From Octopus sinensis (lineage: Eukaryota): a DNA stretch of 64,000 nt. Location: assembly GCF_006345805.1 (NCBI RefSeq), contig NW_021835464.1, positions 6,290 to 70,289 of the forward strand, written 5' to 3'. Positions within the stretch are counted from its first letter, which is position 1, and each line of letters opens with the position of its first letter. A program made the position numbers and the translations under genes. Below the pieces are notes generated by a model. The model was not told the DNA's origin. It made no database searches and saw only the letters and a program-made list of their open reading frames with translations. This document shows, one piece after another, positions 1 to 14,451 of this stretch.

Positions 1-866
1 GAGTTGATGAAGAGACAACAAACAGCCAATGGTCACGATTAAAAAGTTCAGTTAACGAACTATTGCTGTCAGTGTAGTCTTGGTTTACGCATATAAGATA
101 TTTCACATAGCGAAAAATTAACGTATCTAAAACCACAGGCTGGATGAACATGCTACATGGCTCAATCGAGATATCTGTCGGGAAGGGTTCGCATCGGTCA
201 GAAGTCACCATACTGAAAAATGATGTTAATTCGAAACATACAGATTTGATTAGTTTCAACCGTCTTTCACAAATTCTTTAGATATCTTTCATAAATCTAC
301 AAGATATCCTTTGAATATCTTCAATTTCCCTTTAAAATTTACACCGAAATATTGCAAAGATGGTGTTTTTTCTTTACTCATTAACCTCTTCGTTTTAAGA
401 ATATTTGGTACGCAAAATATTTTTCATAACATAACCAAAATCGTAATTACTTCGAACCCAATTTCAATTTATATAATATTCATATAATTTTAGATAATAT
501 TTATCACGTTTTAAATTATTTCATATTTAACTTAATTGTTTTTCGTTTTCTCCTAAATTTTTAAAAACTCATTTTCTGAAATAGCTTTCTCAATTCCATG
601 AATTCATATTTTTACATTAGAAGCATAATAAATTATAGTAACGTACATTTAAGGGAAACTGCGTAAATTAAAGGCTAGATGCCTAAAATAATGACTAGAT
701 ACGCACGAAACAAAGGTTAGATACGATCTAACTTCATTCTTATAATTTAGTTCATATTTCTAATGCCTTTATAAAATCACTCCATTTTTATCAATAGATT
801 CCCCAATTTTAAATATATCCCAGCTAGCTTAAGCAAAGCGATATTGCGTAATACAATATATATATA

Positions 867-1505
<639 letters not shown>

Positions 1506-1616
1506 CAGCAGAACATTCAACAAAATCTGTTACTCTGAGTTTCTCGTTGCCGTTCATCAGACAGATGAACGGCAACGAGAAACTCAGAGTAACAGATTTT
1601 GTTGAATTTTCTGCTG
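1506..1616. repeat. Near-perfect hairpin with 53-bp arms, one mismatch and a 5-nt loop
   Basis: 1506-1558 is the reverse complement of 1564-1616, with loop agaca. Confidence 0.95.
1527..1564 (-). ncRNA. Minimal type-I hammerhead ribozyme motif with intact core (family H1)
   Basis: The minus strand reads CTGT-CTGATGA-ACG GCAA CGA-GAAAC-TC A GA-GTA-ACAG. Stem I is CTGT/ACAG with a GUA cleavage triplet. The first pair of stem II is an A.A mismatch. Confidence 0.7.
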
Positions 1617-1697
1617 CTTAAAATAAAGCATATTACTCTACCACTGGTATTTGAGTACTCTTTTTTCCACCTTGTTTCACATTTATGTGTTTACTCC

Positions 1698-1740
<43 letters not shown>

Positions 1741-1754
1741 CTTTCAATATTGCT

Positions 1755-2060
1755 CACAAGGCCAGCAATTTAGGGTTAGTCGAATACATCGGCCCCAGTA
1801 ATCAACTGGTACTTATTTATCGACTCACGAAGGATGAAAGGCAAAGTCGACCTCAGAGAAATTTGAAATTTATATTTAATATAGATTAGAAGCAGCATTC
1901 GTTCTGTATTCAAATTCCGCCAAGGTCGACTTAGTTTTTCATCTTTTCTGGGTGGATAAAATAAGTACGATTTGAACACCGGGATCAATGTAAACTACTT
2001 AACCCCTCTAGCAAATATGCTGGCCTGGTGTAAATATTTGAAATCAATATTGCAACAACA
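1755..2060. mobile_element. Decayed fragments of SINE family B in both orientations
   Basis: Contains gaaaggcaaagtcgacctc and aaattccgccaaggtcgac..ttttcatc motifs. Confidence 0.6.
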
Positions 2061-2571
2061 CTTAGGCAGTGAGTTGATAGAATCGTGAGTCTAACGGGCA
2101 ATTTTCATAGCGGCCTTCTCTTCATTTCGGCGTCGATAAACTGAGCAACAGTTGGGGAATGGAGTCAGTGCAATCAACATAACCCCTCCCGCGAACTAGC
2201 CGACCTTGTAGAAAAAAACTTGACTACAATGTTATAAACCGTACTAAAGCGCAAGCTGGGTAACTGTTAGAGTGCCGGGCAGACTACTAACCGACAATTA
2301 GCCAGTCTTTATAATCAGAGTTCAAATACCGGCTGGGTCAGCTGTGTCTTTTATCCATACAGCATCAATAAAATAAGTACTAGTTGAAGGCTGTCACAGA
2401 TATAATCAATTTACGCCCTCCACCAAAATTACTGGTCTTGTGCCAAGAAATGTAAACGAATATGAAAAGCAGTACCATTCCCGCACTCTTTAAAAATCAC
2501 AAAGATTTCAATTCAGTTATGTATTCGTAATATGAACGATAACTTCAGAATACTTTATTTATAATATTATG

Positions 2572-2933
2572 CTATTCTTTTACTTGTTTCAGTCATTTGA
2601 CTGTGGCCATGTTGGAGCACCGCCTTTACTCAAGCAAATCGACCCCAGGACGTATTGTTGTAAGCTTAATTTACAGGTACGTAAACACACCAGCATCGGT
2701 TGTCAAGCGATGTTGGGGGGACAAACACCGACACACAAACGTAGACACACATACATATGTATATATACATACATACGATGGGCTTCTTTCAGTTTCCGTC
2801 TACCAAATCTACTCACAAGGCTATCGTCAGCCCGAGGTTACAGTAGAAGACTCTTGCCCAAGGTGTCACGTAGTGGGACTGAACCGAGAAGCATGTGGTT
2901 GGTAAGCAAGCTTCTTACCACACAACCACTCCT
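2572..2933 (-). mobile_element. tRNA-derived SINE, family A (head ggcgcaggagtggctgtgtggtaag)
   Basis: Aligns by eye to the copies at 45578-45979 and 23155-23556, with internal (AC/AT)n and a cttttacttgtttcag tail. Confidence 0.85.
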
Positions 2934-2979
2934 TGGTTAAAATAATTGTATTCTCAATTTTAATTATATTTTTAAAGGG

Positions 2980-3420
2980 GCGGCGACCAGGTGGAATCGT
3001 TAGCACGCCGGGTTAAAAGCTTAGCGGCGTTTTGTTGATATTTGTGTACTGAGTTCTAATTTTAACGGGGTCGTGTTTGCAGTTCATTGTTTTCCGGTCG
3101 ATGTCATCGACTAGCTCCCCGCCACGCAATTGCTTGCATCCTGCGAAAACCTAAAACCAATATTCGACCAAAATGCATTTATCAAATTAGGTAAGTCTGT
3201 ATAGGGAGTATGACCTGGTGGAATTCATAGCGCGTCAGACAAAATGCTTAGCGGAATTGATTTAGGGATTATCTTCTAAATTCCATTCTACTGAGGTTAA
3301 ATGTGCCATTCATTGTGTTGAGATCGATAAATTAAGTACCTCTTGAGCATTGGGGTCGATGTCATCGATTATCCGCTGTCCGTGCAAACCTTCAGGACAT
3401 GCATCTATATATTAGAAACG
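2980..3420 (+). mobile_element. Two decayed SINE family B copies
   Basis: Heads ggcggcgaccaggtggaatcgttagcacgccggg and gacctggtggaattcatagcgcgtcagacaaaatgcttagcgg, each followed by the gtcgataaattaagtacc-like core. Confidence 0.6.
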
Positions 3421-3592
3421 TTTTTAATTCAGATCACATGATAAAAGTCATGCTCCCGAATACAGAAAACTATAATAGCTCAGGCGACATCCCTGTATTG
3501 TATACATATATATATATATATATACACAGTTGAATATGGTACTTAAGTTAAATACATCAGAATACATATGAATATCCTTGTTGCTTAGTTTG

Positions 3593-3633
<41 letters not shown>

Positions 3634-3639
3634 TATATA

Positions 3640-3845
3640 GGTGAGAAAGTTGGTGTGTGAAAGCACGTGGTTGAATGTAAGAAATTTGAAAAGCTGAACG
3701 CGAAACCGGTCATTTCTTCAAAAACTATGTCATTGTATGAAAAAAATTTATAACATTCTTCCGACATAATGACTCAAATATATATTTTTTAACCTTTTAA
3801 AACAAGCCTTCTGTAGTTTTTTTTACTTTTTACTATTTTCTATAT
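3640..3845 (+). mobile_element. Unrearranged (TA)n-flanked H2 repeat with a hammerhead motif at 3679-3718
   Basis: aagaaat-TTGAAAA-GC tgaac GC-GAAAC-CG-GTC-atttctt, with a perfect 7-bp stem I. (TA)n lies on both sides. Confidence 0.7.
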
Positions 3846-4216
3846 ATATATATATATATCCCCAATTGATCGTCCCCTACTCCTGTTTCGACACTGAACT
3901 GCTGTACTTTCCCAAAAGCTCTAATTTTTAGCAGAACATTTTAAAGAGAAAAATCAGAGAAAATGTATAGAATTCCTATTTGTTAATTTTTCCGCTCTTA
4001 ATAAAATTATGAATGAGTGTGTGTGTTCGTGAGTGAGTAAAAAGATATACTTCTGGACACACACACAAACACACCCACGCATACAAGCACACACACACAC
4101 ACACACACACACAATTACTCACATATTGATATATGATGAAAAACAGCAACAGTCATATTCACATGCCACGCCACAAAAACATATGTATACATGAATGCTT
4201 ACACATATATGCATAC

Positions 4217-4262
<46 letters not shown>

Positions 4263-4658
4263 GTGTTGTGTGTGGTGTGTGTGTGTGGTGTGTGTGTGTG
4301 TGTCTGTATATATATATATATAATATATAATATATATATATATGTATATATGTAAATGTATGTGTATATATTTATACACATATATATACACATATATATG
4401 AATATATACGTATATATATTATGTGTGTGTGTGTGTGTAGTTAAGCGAGAGTGAGTGAAAAGAGAGCTTTCTGAGAGAGTAAAGAAGTTAGACCCTCATT
4501 CACAGAGGCAAAATCTTACGCACACACAAGCGCAAACCCATATCTGTGTATACATATACACCTTACCTTAACAAAATAGTAAACAATCTGTACAAAATAC
4601 ATATATATACATATATATATATATATATATTAATATATATATATATAATATATATATA

Positions 4659-4754
<96 letters not shown>

Positions 4755-5850
4755 ATACACACTCACACACATATATATATATATATATACATATATATAT
4801 TATAGATATATATATAAAATATACGTGTATGTGTATACATGTGTGTGTGTGCGTACTTAAGAGATCTCCGTCCGTTTCTTATCTTACTCCAAACGATAAA
4901 CACCCCCTCTCCACACCACAATCACCACCACATAGAAATAAAAAAAAAAGAACAGAAAAGAAAATTTATTGAAAACCGAAAGAAACTAAAACGCAAAGAA
5001 ATACAATAATGTAACAGATAACATTCAGAACCAGCAAGCAATTCCACACCCCCACCCACACACCCACTCGCACACACTCACACACATACACATGAGAACC
5101 TACTCGTGCATACACATACACATATACAACGACACATACATTTATATATGTATGCATGCACACAAATGCATATGCAAGTATCTGTACGTATGTATGTCCG
5201 TTTATACACAAACACAAACACACACACATATATATACATATATATATATGTATGTTTATACATATCTATACTCACGCACATATATTAAGTTATACATATA
5301 TACATACATAAAGAGATAGATAGATGAATATATGTATGTCTACCTATATTAATATGAAGGAGAACCAGTAAATATATGTGTATATATTATAGATGTTTAT
5401 TCATATATGTAATAGGTTTTTGTTTGTGAGTATGACCAGTGATAAAAATTAAATAGACTAGTAAGAAAAATGCGCACGACTGCAAGCTTCAGATATATAT
5501 ATGTATATATATTGTAATTATTTCCCTACTGGTTGGTCTATGTCTCAATTTCACTGCGTGGTTTCTGGGGCAAGTGTGTTCTCTTATAAACTGAGGCCGA
5601 CCAAAAACTTATGAGTATGTAGAGTAAACGGAAAATAAGAGCTTCCAATTGTATATATTGTACTGTGTCATTTAAATCTTGAAATGTGTTACTTCAGGAA
5701 AATATTCTGTAGGAGTTGAATTCTTTCTCTCTTGCATAATAATCTGAAACACAGGTATCGAAACAACAAGAATTGATTTCAATTTATTTTCATAAATTAT
5801 ACCATTCGAAGCCATCTGTCGCTAATTCTCTCTCTCCCTCTCTCTCTTCG

Positions 5851-5891
<41 letters not shown>

Positions 5892-5965
5892 TATATATAA
5901 TATATCGTTCGATCTATCCGTTTATATATTTATCTATCGCCCTCACTCTCCTTCTGTTTCTCCCC

Positions 5966-6048
<83 letters not shown>

Positions 6049-6842
6049 TATAGATATATATATATATGTGTGTCTGTGTGTGTTGTATGTGCCTGTCTGT
6101 GTGTGAGAAAGTGAGTGTGTGCGGGAAGGTGTGATTGTGTCAGTTTGTTTCCTACCAAAGGCATGATAACCAGTGTTGGTGAGAGTATCCTCTCGACCCT
6201 TGGCAATTCGGTAAAAGAGAGTGATAGAATATATACCAGGCAAAAAATTGTGCTGGGACTGATACGTTCGTCTAATATTTTTAAAAGCGATGCTTCAGCA
6301 TGGCTGTTCTCTAATGACTGAAGTAAGCAAAAAATTTCTAACACTTTTATTGAGTTCATGAAATTCTTGCAGCACGAAGCTACGTTGATTGAAAATACAA
6401 ACAATGTTAGGGAGTATGAAGGTGATACATTAGCGTTAGAATTGGGTCCCTCATGTGTATTAAGAACCCAAAATGCCTGTACTTGATCAATTTTCATGGG
6501 ATGTGAATAAAAGTCCACTACTCCTCAACGTAGAGTGAACAGGAGGCTGTTAGTTACCAAGGTTAACTTCCTAGCTGTTGATGGACTTCATTGGCCGGTG
6601 AATTGAATAGGGCAAAGGCGGCGAGCTGGCAGAAACGTTAGCATACCGGGCGAAATACGGCTACCAAGAGAGAAATCGTGATATATGCACCAGCATATTC
6701 ATACACTAGCACGTACCGCTATAATGTATACATAATGTATATATCTGTATGTATATATATGCATATATATGTTTGTGTATGTTCGTGTGCGTTCACGTGT
6801 ATATATATATATGTCTGTATATACATATGTGTGTATATACAT

Positions 6843-7074
6843 AAGGCGGCGAGCTGGCAGAATCGTTAGCAAGCCGGGCGAAATGCTTAGTGGTATTTCG
6901 TCTGCCGTTACGTTCTGAGTTCAAATTCCGCCGAGGTCGACGTTGCCTTTCATCCTTTCGGGGTCGATAAATAAAGTACCAGTTTCGCACTTGGGTCGAT
7001 GTAATCGGCTTAATCCCTTTGTCTGTCCTTCTTTGTCCCCTCTATGTTTAGCCCCCTGTGGGCAATAAAGAAAT
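6843..7074 (+). mobile_element. tRNA-derived SINE, family B (head ggcggcgagctggcagaa), full length
   Basis: Pol III-like head, core gaggtcgac..gcctttcatcctttcggggtcgataaataaagtaccag (resembles the Meta-type SINE domain, recalled and unverified), and an aaagaaat tail. Confidence 0.85.
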
Positions 7075-8092
7075 TAATATGCAGTTTCTTCATCTTTTGA
7101 GCTTATTGTTAAAAGATGAAGAAACTGGGACGTAAGTTTATTTTGAGGTATTGGATGCATAAGACCGGAACTGACTCCGGTTTCTATGGTTTATGAGTGA
7201 CTGAGATTAAAAAGCCTGTCACTGGACGGGAAGCAAGTCCTTCGTAGGGATAACTTCCCAGTTATTCCTTGAAATCATGTATATCTGAATGGAGTGGAGT
7301 AACATGAATTGAAATGTTTTAATCACATTGCACAGTCCTGGAATCGTCACCACAAAATTGAAAAGGAAAAACAAAACATTGTCACCTCGGCCTGTCATAG
7401 AAACCAGGATTCATAATATCGGCCCTTCACCTAGTCTGCAGACATAGAAATTCCTCCCCTGGAGGGGCGACGGTCCTTGGCTGGGTTAACTTTCATCTAT
7501 TGCTAGAACATTTTGAAAACTAAGTGAAGTGGAGTAAAGTATAATGAAGTGCTTTGCTCAAAAGCACAGCACTGGTTGGTCTGGAAATGGAATCTGATAA
7601 ATATTCAACAATAAAACACCAAAAATAATTACCTATTAGTTGTAGGTATTAAAGTTGATCGCATTAAAAGATTAGCAAAGGAAACCCAAGAGGGACCAAA
7701 ATTCTATGTAGAGACAGAGGAATGTTAGTGAAATATATATAAAAATTTGCCGGAAGTGGAGACTTAAGTCTTTCAAAACAAAGTAATGATGCTTTTATCA
7801 GTTACAGCATCATACATCTAAACCTTTCCTACGAAATGGTACCTAAAATCGACGAATGAATTGACTTGCTTCAGGATATGAGTCCTCAATTTTCTTTCTT
7901 TAACCGTTATCAGATTTTCGAATATTATTGAAACAAAGGAGACGTAATTGACAAATAGAGAAATTTGTAAATTTTCTGATGAAGTGTAAAAGCAAAATCC
8001 CATATTTCATATAACATACAAAGACCCAAAATGATATCAAACTCATAGAAAAGTGCATATATGCAATACACACACACACACACACACACACA

Positions 8093-8125
<33 letters not shown>

Positions 8126-8129
8126 CATT

Positions 8130-8529
8130 GGAGTGGCTGTGTGGTAAGTAGCTTGTTTGCCAACCACATGGTTCCGGGTTCAATCTCACTGCGTGGCATC
8201 TTGGGCAAGTGTCTTCTACAATAGACACGGGCCGACCAAATGCTTCTGAGTGGATTTGGTAGACGGAAACTGAAAGAAGCTCGTCGTATATATGTATATA
8301 TATATATATTATATATATATATATGTTTGTGTGTCTGTGTTTGTCCTAGCATTACTTGACAACAGATGCTGGTGTGTTTATGTCCCCGTCACTTAGCGGT
8401 TCGGTAAAAGAGGCCGATAGAATAAGTACTGGATTACAAAGAATGAGTCCCGGGGTTGAGTTACTCGATTAAAGGCCGTGCTCCAGCATGGCCGCAGTCA
8501 ATGATTGAAACAAGTAAAAGAGAAAAAGA

Positions 8530-8530
<1 letters not shown>
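8130..8530 (+). mobile_element. SINE family A, full length
   Basis: Head, ttgggcaagtgtcttctac core, internal microsatellite and gaaacaagtaaaagag tail. Confidence 0.88.
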
Positions 8531-8577
<47 letters not shown>

Positions 8578-8631
8578 GTATATATATAAATGTATGCATA
8601 TATATACATATACTTGTATATATATATACAA

Positions 8632-8665
<34 letters not shown>

Positions 8666-9618
8666 GTATATATATCTAGGTTAGTGAATGCACATGGCAC
8701 ATGTTCGGGTGTTGGGTTTTGAATTTGATCCCCAGACTGTTGTGCTGTGTTTCCCTTGGGTAACATCGGTGGCGTGGATAAAGGAGTCCAGTAAGCAAGA
8801 GCAACTGCATAAAGTCCTTCCATAAACAACCTTGTCCTGGGAGGTGGAAGTTTCTAGGTTCAATACCATGGATATTCCTGACCAAACGGTGTTTCTACTT
8901 TTTCATATATATGTGTACAAACATCAATATACATGCATATGCATATATGCGCTTCTTTGTTAATTTTTCCTCTCTCCCTATCCCCATCCCTCTCTTTCTC
9001 TTTATATATACATAGAAATGTATATATATATTTATATATATATATATGGTGTGGTTCTATTAAGTTAGACGTGGCCTGGGCCAATAATGGCCGAAACCTA
9101 TCAAAGTATCAAAGTATCAAAGTATATGTGTGTGTGTGTGTGTGTGTATGTGTGTGTGTGTGTGTGCGCGTGTGTTTGTATATACATACGTTGCGATTGA
9201 GGAAGTGAGAGAGAGAGAGAGATCAGTAGATAGTGGCCTGACAATGAGGCTGAAAACGTATCATACGAGAAAATGCGGGTTGGATTCTTACAAAAGAATA
9301 TCGCATTCCTTTGGAAGACCACTAAGGCAGGAGAGATGTATATCAGCGCGCATAACATCGCCCGATATACATTCATGCAACACGCAAATGTGACCATCTA
9401 CCACACCAGTGCTTGAACATAGAAGTTTCGGTGGACGCAAAAGGTAAATCAGACCATAATAGGTCTCACTTATGAAAAAATTATATGGAAATGAGAAAAA
9501 CCATAAGGCATTTTGTTGTCACAAGCGATTTTGCCGATCCAACGACGTTTAGGCTGATAACACAATAATGAATATAGATAAGACTCTGCCTATGTGTATA
9601 TACATACATACATATCTA

Positions 9619-9674
<56 letters not shown>

Positions 9675-9736
9675 TTGTGTATGTGTATGTGTGTATGTAT
9701 AAATATATATACACACACATATATATATATAAACAT

Positions 9737-9789
<53 letters not shown>

Positions 9790-10467
9790 TATATATGTGT
9801 ATACATTATGTATATGAAAGAGAGAGAGCGGGTGAGATAGAGAGTGAGTGGCGTTCATACACAGGACCCATTAACATATAGTAAAAAGCAATGTAACATA
9901 AACAATATTTTTTAGAGTGCGAGCAACAAAAATAAATGAAGGGAAAATTAATTATTGAACGAACAAAAGAATATATACTGCAAAATGAAGTGGAGTAAGA
10001 AGCGGAAAAGAAAGGACAGACAACTCGGTATGAAGTAAAGGACATACAGTAAAAAAAAATGTAACAAAAATATAGAACTAAGATAAGGACATACAAACTA
10101 AATGGGAACAAAGATATGTGGAAGAACAAAAGTAAAATTATATACGCAACAAAAAGCAAACTTAAGATAAAGCGTTTCGCCATTGTCTTCCGCCCCGCTC
10201 TTCTGGAAAAGGAGGGGGAAAAATAGAGGAAAAAAATTAAACCCGATAAAGTAGGAAAATTGGTAAGAGTAACCTAAATTTGCTGCAAGAAGGAGACTTT
10301 TTTTTTGCTGGTAGTGGTATCAGTAACAAGTATTTAACATGAGGAAGAAGCGATTACATATTTGTGTGGGATTACAATGATATAAGCCACAAAATATTAA
10401 AACATCGGATAGAATGAATATAATAAATATAAATATATTGAAACACAAATTCATATCATATCATATC

Positions 10468-10504
<37 letters not shown>

Positions 10505-11542
10505 AGTACATATACTTATATATAAATGCACTATGCTAAAATCATAGGAAAACTTATAAAAACATAAAAAATGAATTCGACAACATACACAGACATATGT
10601 GTGGTTATGTATGTGAGTTTGTACAGAAATACGTCAAAATATTTCGATGTACACCCCCTTTAACACGTAAAAAAACTGCATATACAATCGCGCACAGATA
10701 CATACGCCTGCGAAAGGAAACATACAATACGCTAAAGAACTACAAGACCATAAACAATAACCGAAAATAAACGCACACACATAAATAAAAACAAAAACAA
10801 GCGAAACACTACCAGAACCGCTACCACAACCACCTCACCCCTACTGCTACTATCATCACTATCACCGCTATTCGCACGGAGAAAGCGAAACTCCGACCCA
10901 CGCCAGCCCAGCTAAAATTAATAAATTAACAGAGAAAATCAGTCAAAAATATTATTCATATATAAACAAAAACAATACGAAATAAAATAAAATGAAATAA
11001 AATAAAACAAAACAATGCATGACAAACTAACGAAGACAAGATGGCGGCCGTGTTATTTCCAGCAAATCACATGTCCACCTCTTCGCCTCCTGCTCCACGT
11101 TGTATAGCGCACCGGTGCCTCCACACCTTCCAACACAACACAGGCTCACAAAGTTTAGATACAATATTATATATCTATATAGTTCTTGGTGTTTTGTGAT
11201 TAGATTTCATAGTTCTATATTTCTGTTTTAAGTCAGTAGTTTATCGGTCTGCTACAGATAAGGAATGGTTAAAAAAATAAATAAATACCAGAAGTAAAAA
11301 AAAAATAAATAAAAATTATAACAAAGCCTAAAAATGAATGGAAAAATTATAAATAACATACAAGAAGAACAAAGAAGAACATACAAGCAAAAGAAAAAAA
11401 AGAAAAAAACAACTACATCAACAGCAACAGCAGCAGCAGCAGCAATATCAACGTATAAAACAATACAATAATATTTAAAAAACTGTATATAACACCAAAA
11501 GCAACGTAGAGAAACAAAATAATAATAATAATAATAATAATG

Positions 11543-11573
<31 letters not shown>

Positions 11574-11639
11574 GAAGTAAATAAATAACTGAACGGAATG
11601 CTGTTTGGTGTTGTTGTTGTTGTTGTTGTTGAAGTTGCT

Positions 11640-11671
11640 TCTGTCGATAGCGATAATAATGATGATGATGG

Positions 11672-11712
<41 letters not shown>

Positions 11713-11780
11713 TTGACGAAGACGATGACGACGATGATGATGATGATGATGATGATGATGTTGACGAAGACGATGACGAC

Positions 11781-11815
<35 letters not shown>

Positions 11816-11818
11816 GGG

Positions 11819-11852
<34 letters not shown>

Positions 11853-11854
11853 AG

Positions 11855-11891
<37 letters not shown>

Positions 11892-11895
11892 AATG

Positions 11896-11927
<32 letters not shown>

Positions 11928-12800
11928 GATGATGTTGATGATGATGATGATGATGATGAAGATGATGATGATGTTGATGATGATGATGATGATGAGGGTG
12001 ATGATGGTGATGATGAGGGTGATCATGATGATGATGATGATGATGATAGGTTGTTAATGATGATGAAGGTGATGATGATGACGATGATCATGACGATGAT
12101 AATGATGATGACGACGATGATGAGGAGGATGATGATGAGGGTGATGGTTGTGATGGTAATGATGATGATGATGATGATGATGGTGATGGTGATGATGAGG
12201 ATGATGATGAGGGTGATGATGATGACGATGATGTCGAGAACGACGACAACGATAATGATAAGGACGCCGTGAAAGGACGATAATGATTGTGGTGGCGATT
12301 ATGGTGATGGTGATGGTGATGGTTGTGGAGGCTACTGTTGGCCATGCGATGATAAGGATGATGAGGGTGATGATGATGAGGAGGAGGAGGATAATGATCA
12401 TGATGAACACGGGCGTCAGTGGCGGTGGATGTGGAGGAGATTGTGGTGGGGGTTTATAATTATTATGATGAAGATGATGAGGATAAGGATAGCGATGATG
12501 ACGACGATGATAATGAAGGGGAGGATGAGAATGATGATGATAATAGCGACGATGACGACGATGACAGTAGGAGCGGGTGTTTCCGATCATGATGATGAAG
12601 ACAATGATGAAATTAATAATGATGACTTAGCCGATGACGACGACGACGGCGACGATGATGACGAATATGAGAATGATGATGATGATGATGATGATGGTGG
12701 TGATGGAGCTCATTGTTTGTGGTGGTTATTTTTGATGTTGCTGTTGCTGTCGCCGTTGACCGTATTGTTATTTGAGATGTTGTTGCTATTGATATTATCA

Positions 12801-12850
<50 letters not shown>

Positions 12851-12869
12851 TTATTATTATTATTATTAC

Positions 12870-12923
<54 letters not shown>

Positions 12924-12990
12924 CATTATCATCATTGTTATTATTATTATTTCTGTTACGCTTGTTGTTGTTGTTGTTGTTGTTGTTGAT
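11640..12990. repeat. Compound trinucleotide array: (GAT)n-rich, then (ATT)n, then (GTT)n
   Basis: Read directly from the sequence. It produces the poly-D/M/I/L ORFs. Confidence 0.95.
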
Positions 12991-13801
12991 GATGTTGTTG
13001 TTGTTGTTGTTGTGGTGGTGGTGGTGGTGGTGGTGGTATGGTGGAGGCGGCAGCGGCGGTGCTGGTATCGCTGATGTTGTTATTGGTAATTCCGCGGCTT
13101 GTCAATGTTATCAATTTCTATAGCCTGACACACGCCCAAACCCACACACCGGCACCACACACCTACACAGCACCACGCCACGGCACACACCAGCATCACC
13201 ACCACCACCACCACCACCACCACCACCACACCACCATCATACACACACTCATTCACAATCACCTCTACTAACACCAACCGCCTCTCCTGCCTACCCCGGC
13301 ATGACCGAAAAAAAACTACTGTTTTATTATCATTACTAAGTTATCGGTTCGGTATTTAGTTGTTGTTGTTGTTGTTGCTGTTGTTGTTATTGCTGTTGTT
13401 CTTTCGATATTGTCTTTTGTTATGCTTGGTGTGGCTGTTGTTGTTCTTGTTATAGTTGTTGCAATAATACGCGGCATAATCAGCAAAGCGCTCAATATAT
13501 GCGACTTCAAGTTCCAGTCGTATTATGCTTACGCTCAGTTATGGATGTTCGGTTTCGATCCTCGCATCGCGATAACGTGGCGTTTGAGTTTAGTCACATT
13601 TTACGGCACATTCGGCTAATGGTATAGTCTTCTGATGCAGTGATACTGATCAATACTTCGCGGGTGAATTTAGTCGAGGGAGACTATGCTGAAGCCTTGT
13701 CTATATATACAGAATGGGCCATATTTCATGCGAAAGTTAAGTTCAATACGATCCGGATTTGTGAATTCAATTTGTCAGAAATTCAATAAAATAAATGAAT
13801 A

Positions 13802-14404
13802 GGCGCAGGAGTGGCTGTGTGGTAAGTAGCTTGCTTACGAGCCACATGGTTCCAGATTCAGTCCCACTGTGTGGCACCTTAGTTAGTTAGTTAGTTAATT
13901 TGGCTCAAAAGCAAATAGCAAGGCCATGTAGGGGGACATGGAGTTAAGTACAGGGTGGTGTTCATGTAAAGAGTTCAGGCCACTTGAGGTCCAGGGAGGC
14001 TTTGAACAAAGCGGTCGTCGGCATCTTCACCATCTCGTCTGGCAGCTTGTTCCACGGATCCGCAACACGGACGGAGAAAGCTCCTCTCCTTCCATTGAGA
14101 TGAAATCGTCGCAGGTAGAGCTTTTCGGAATGAACCGGCAGCCGACGCTCTGGAGCAGGAGTGAAGAACAGCTCTTTCGAGAGGTTACACTTTCCGCTTA
14201 TGATGTTGTGGGCGAGAATGAGATCACCACGGCGGCGGCGTTTTTCAAGAGAATAAAGGTCGAGCGTCTTCAGCCTTTCTTCGTAGGACAAAGTTTTGAG
14301 ACCATGAACCATGCGGGTAGCCAGCTTCTGGACCCTTTCGAGATGCTGTATGTCCTTGGGCAAGTGTCTTCTACTATAGCTTCGGGCCGACTAAAGACTT
14401 GTGA
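13802..14404 (+). mobile_element. SINE family A copy split by a CR1 insertion (halves 13802-13880 and ~14355-14404)
   Basis: gtggcacctt | insert | cttgggcaagtgtcttctactatagc rejoins to the family A consensus. Confidence 0.85.
13881..14358 (-). mobile_element. 5'-truncated CR1-group LINE (ORF2 C-terminus, 3' UTR, (TAAC)n tail)
   Basis: The ORF reads KDIQHLERVQKLATRMVHGLKTLSYEERLKTLDLYSLEKRRRRGDLI..FSVRVADPWNKLP, the typical CR1 ORF2 end. The tail is aactaactaactaact. Confidence 0.9.
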
Positions 14405-14418
14405 CTAGATAATAATGT

Positions 14419-14427
<9 letters not shown>

Positions 14428-14451
<24 letters not shown>

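Noticed and set aside
1-860. Non-microsatellite sequence that looks like a decayed transposon
   Set aside because: No recognisable protein motif or terminus in any frame, so it was left unassigned.
11598-12272. ORF with a hydrophobic N-terminus and poly-Asp, superficially like molluscan acidic shell proteins (Aspein-type)
   Set aside because: The signal-like part is a (GTT)n tract and the Asp run is almost all GAT. Several frames are equally open, and similar arrays recur at 60370 and 62820.
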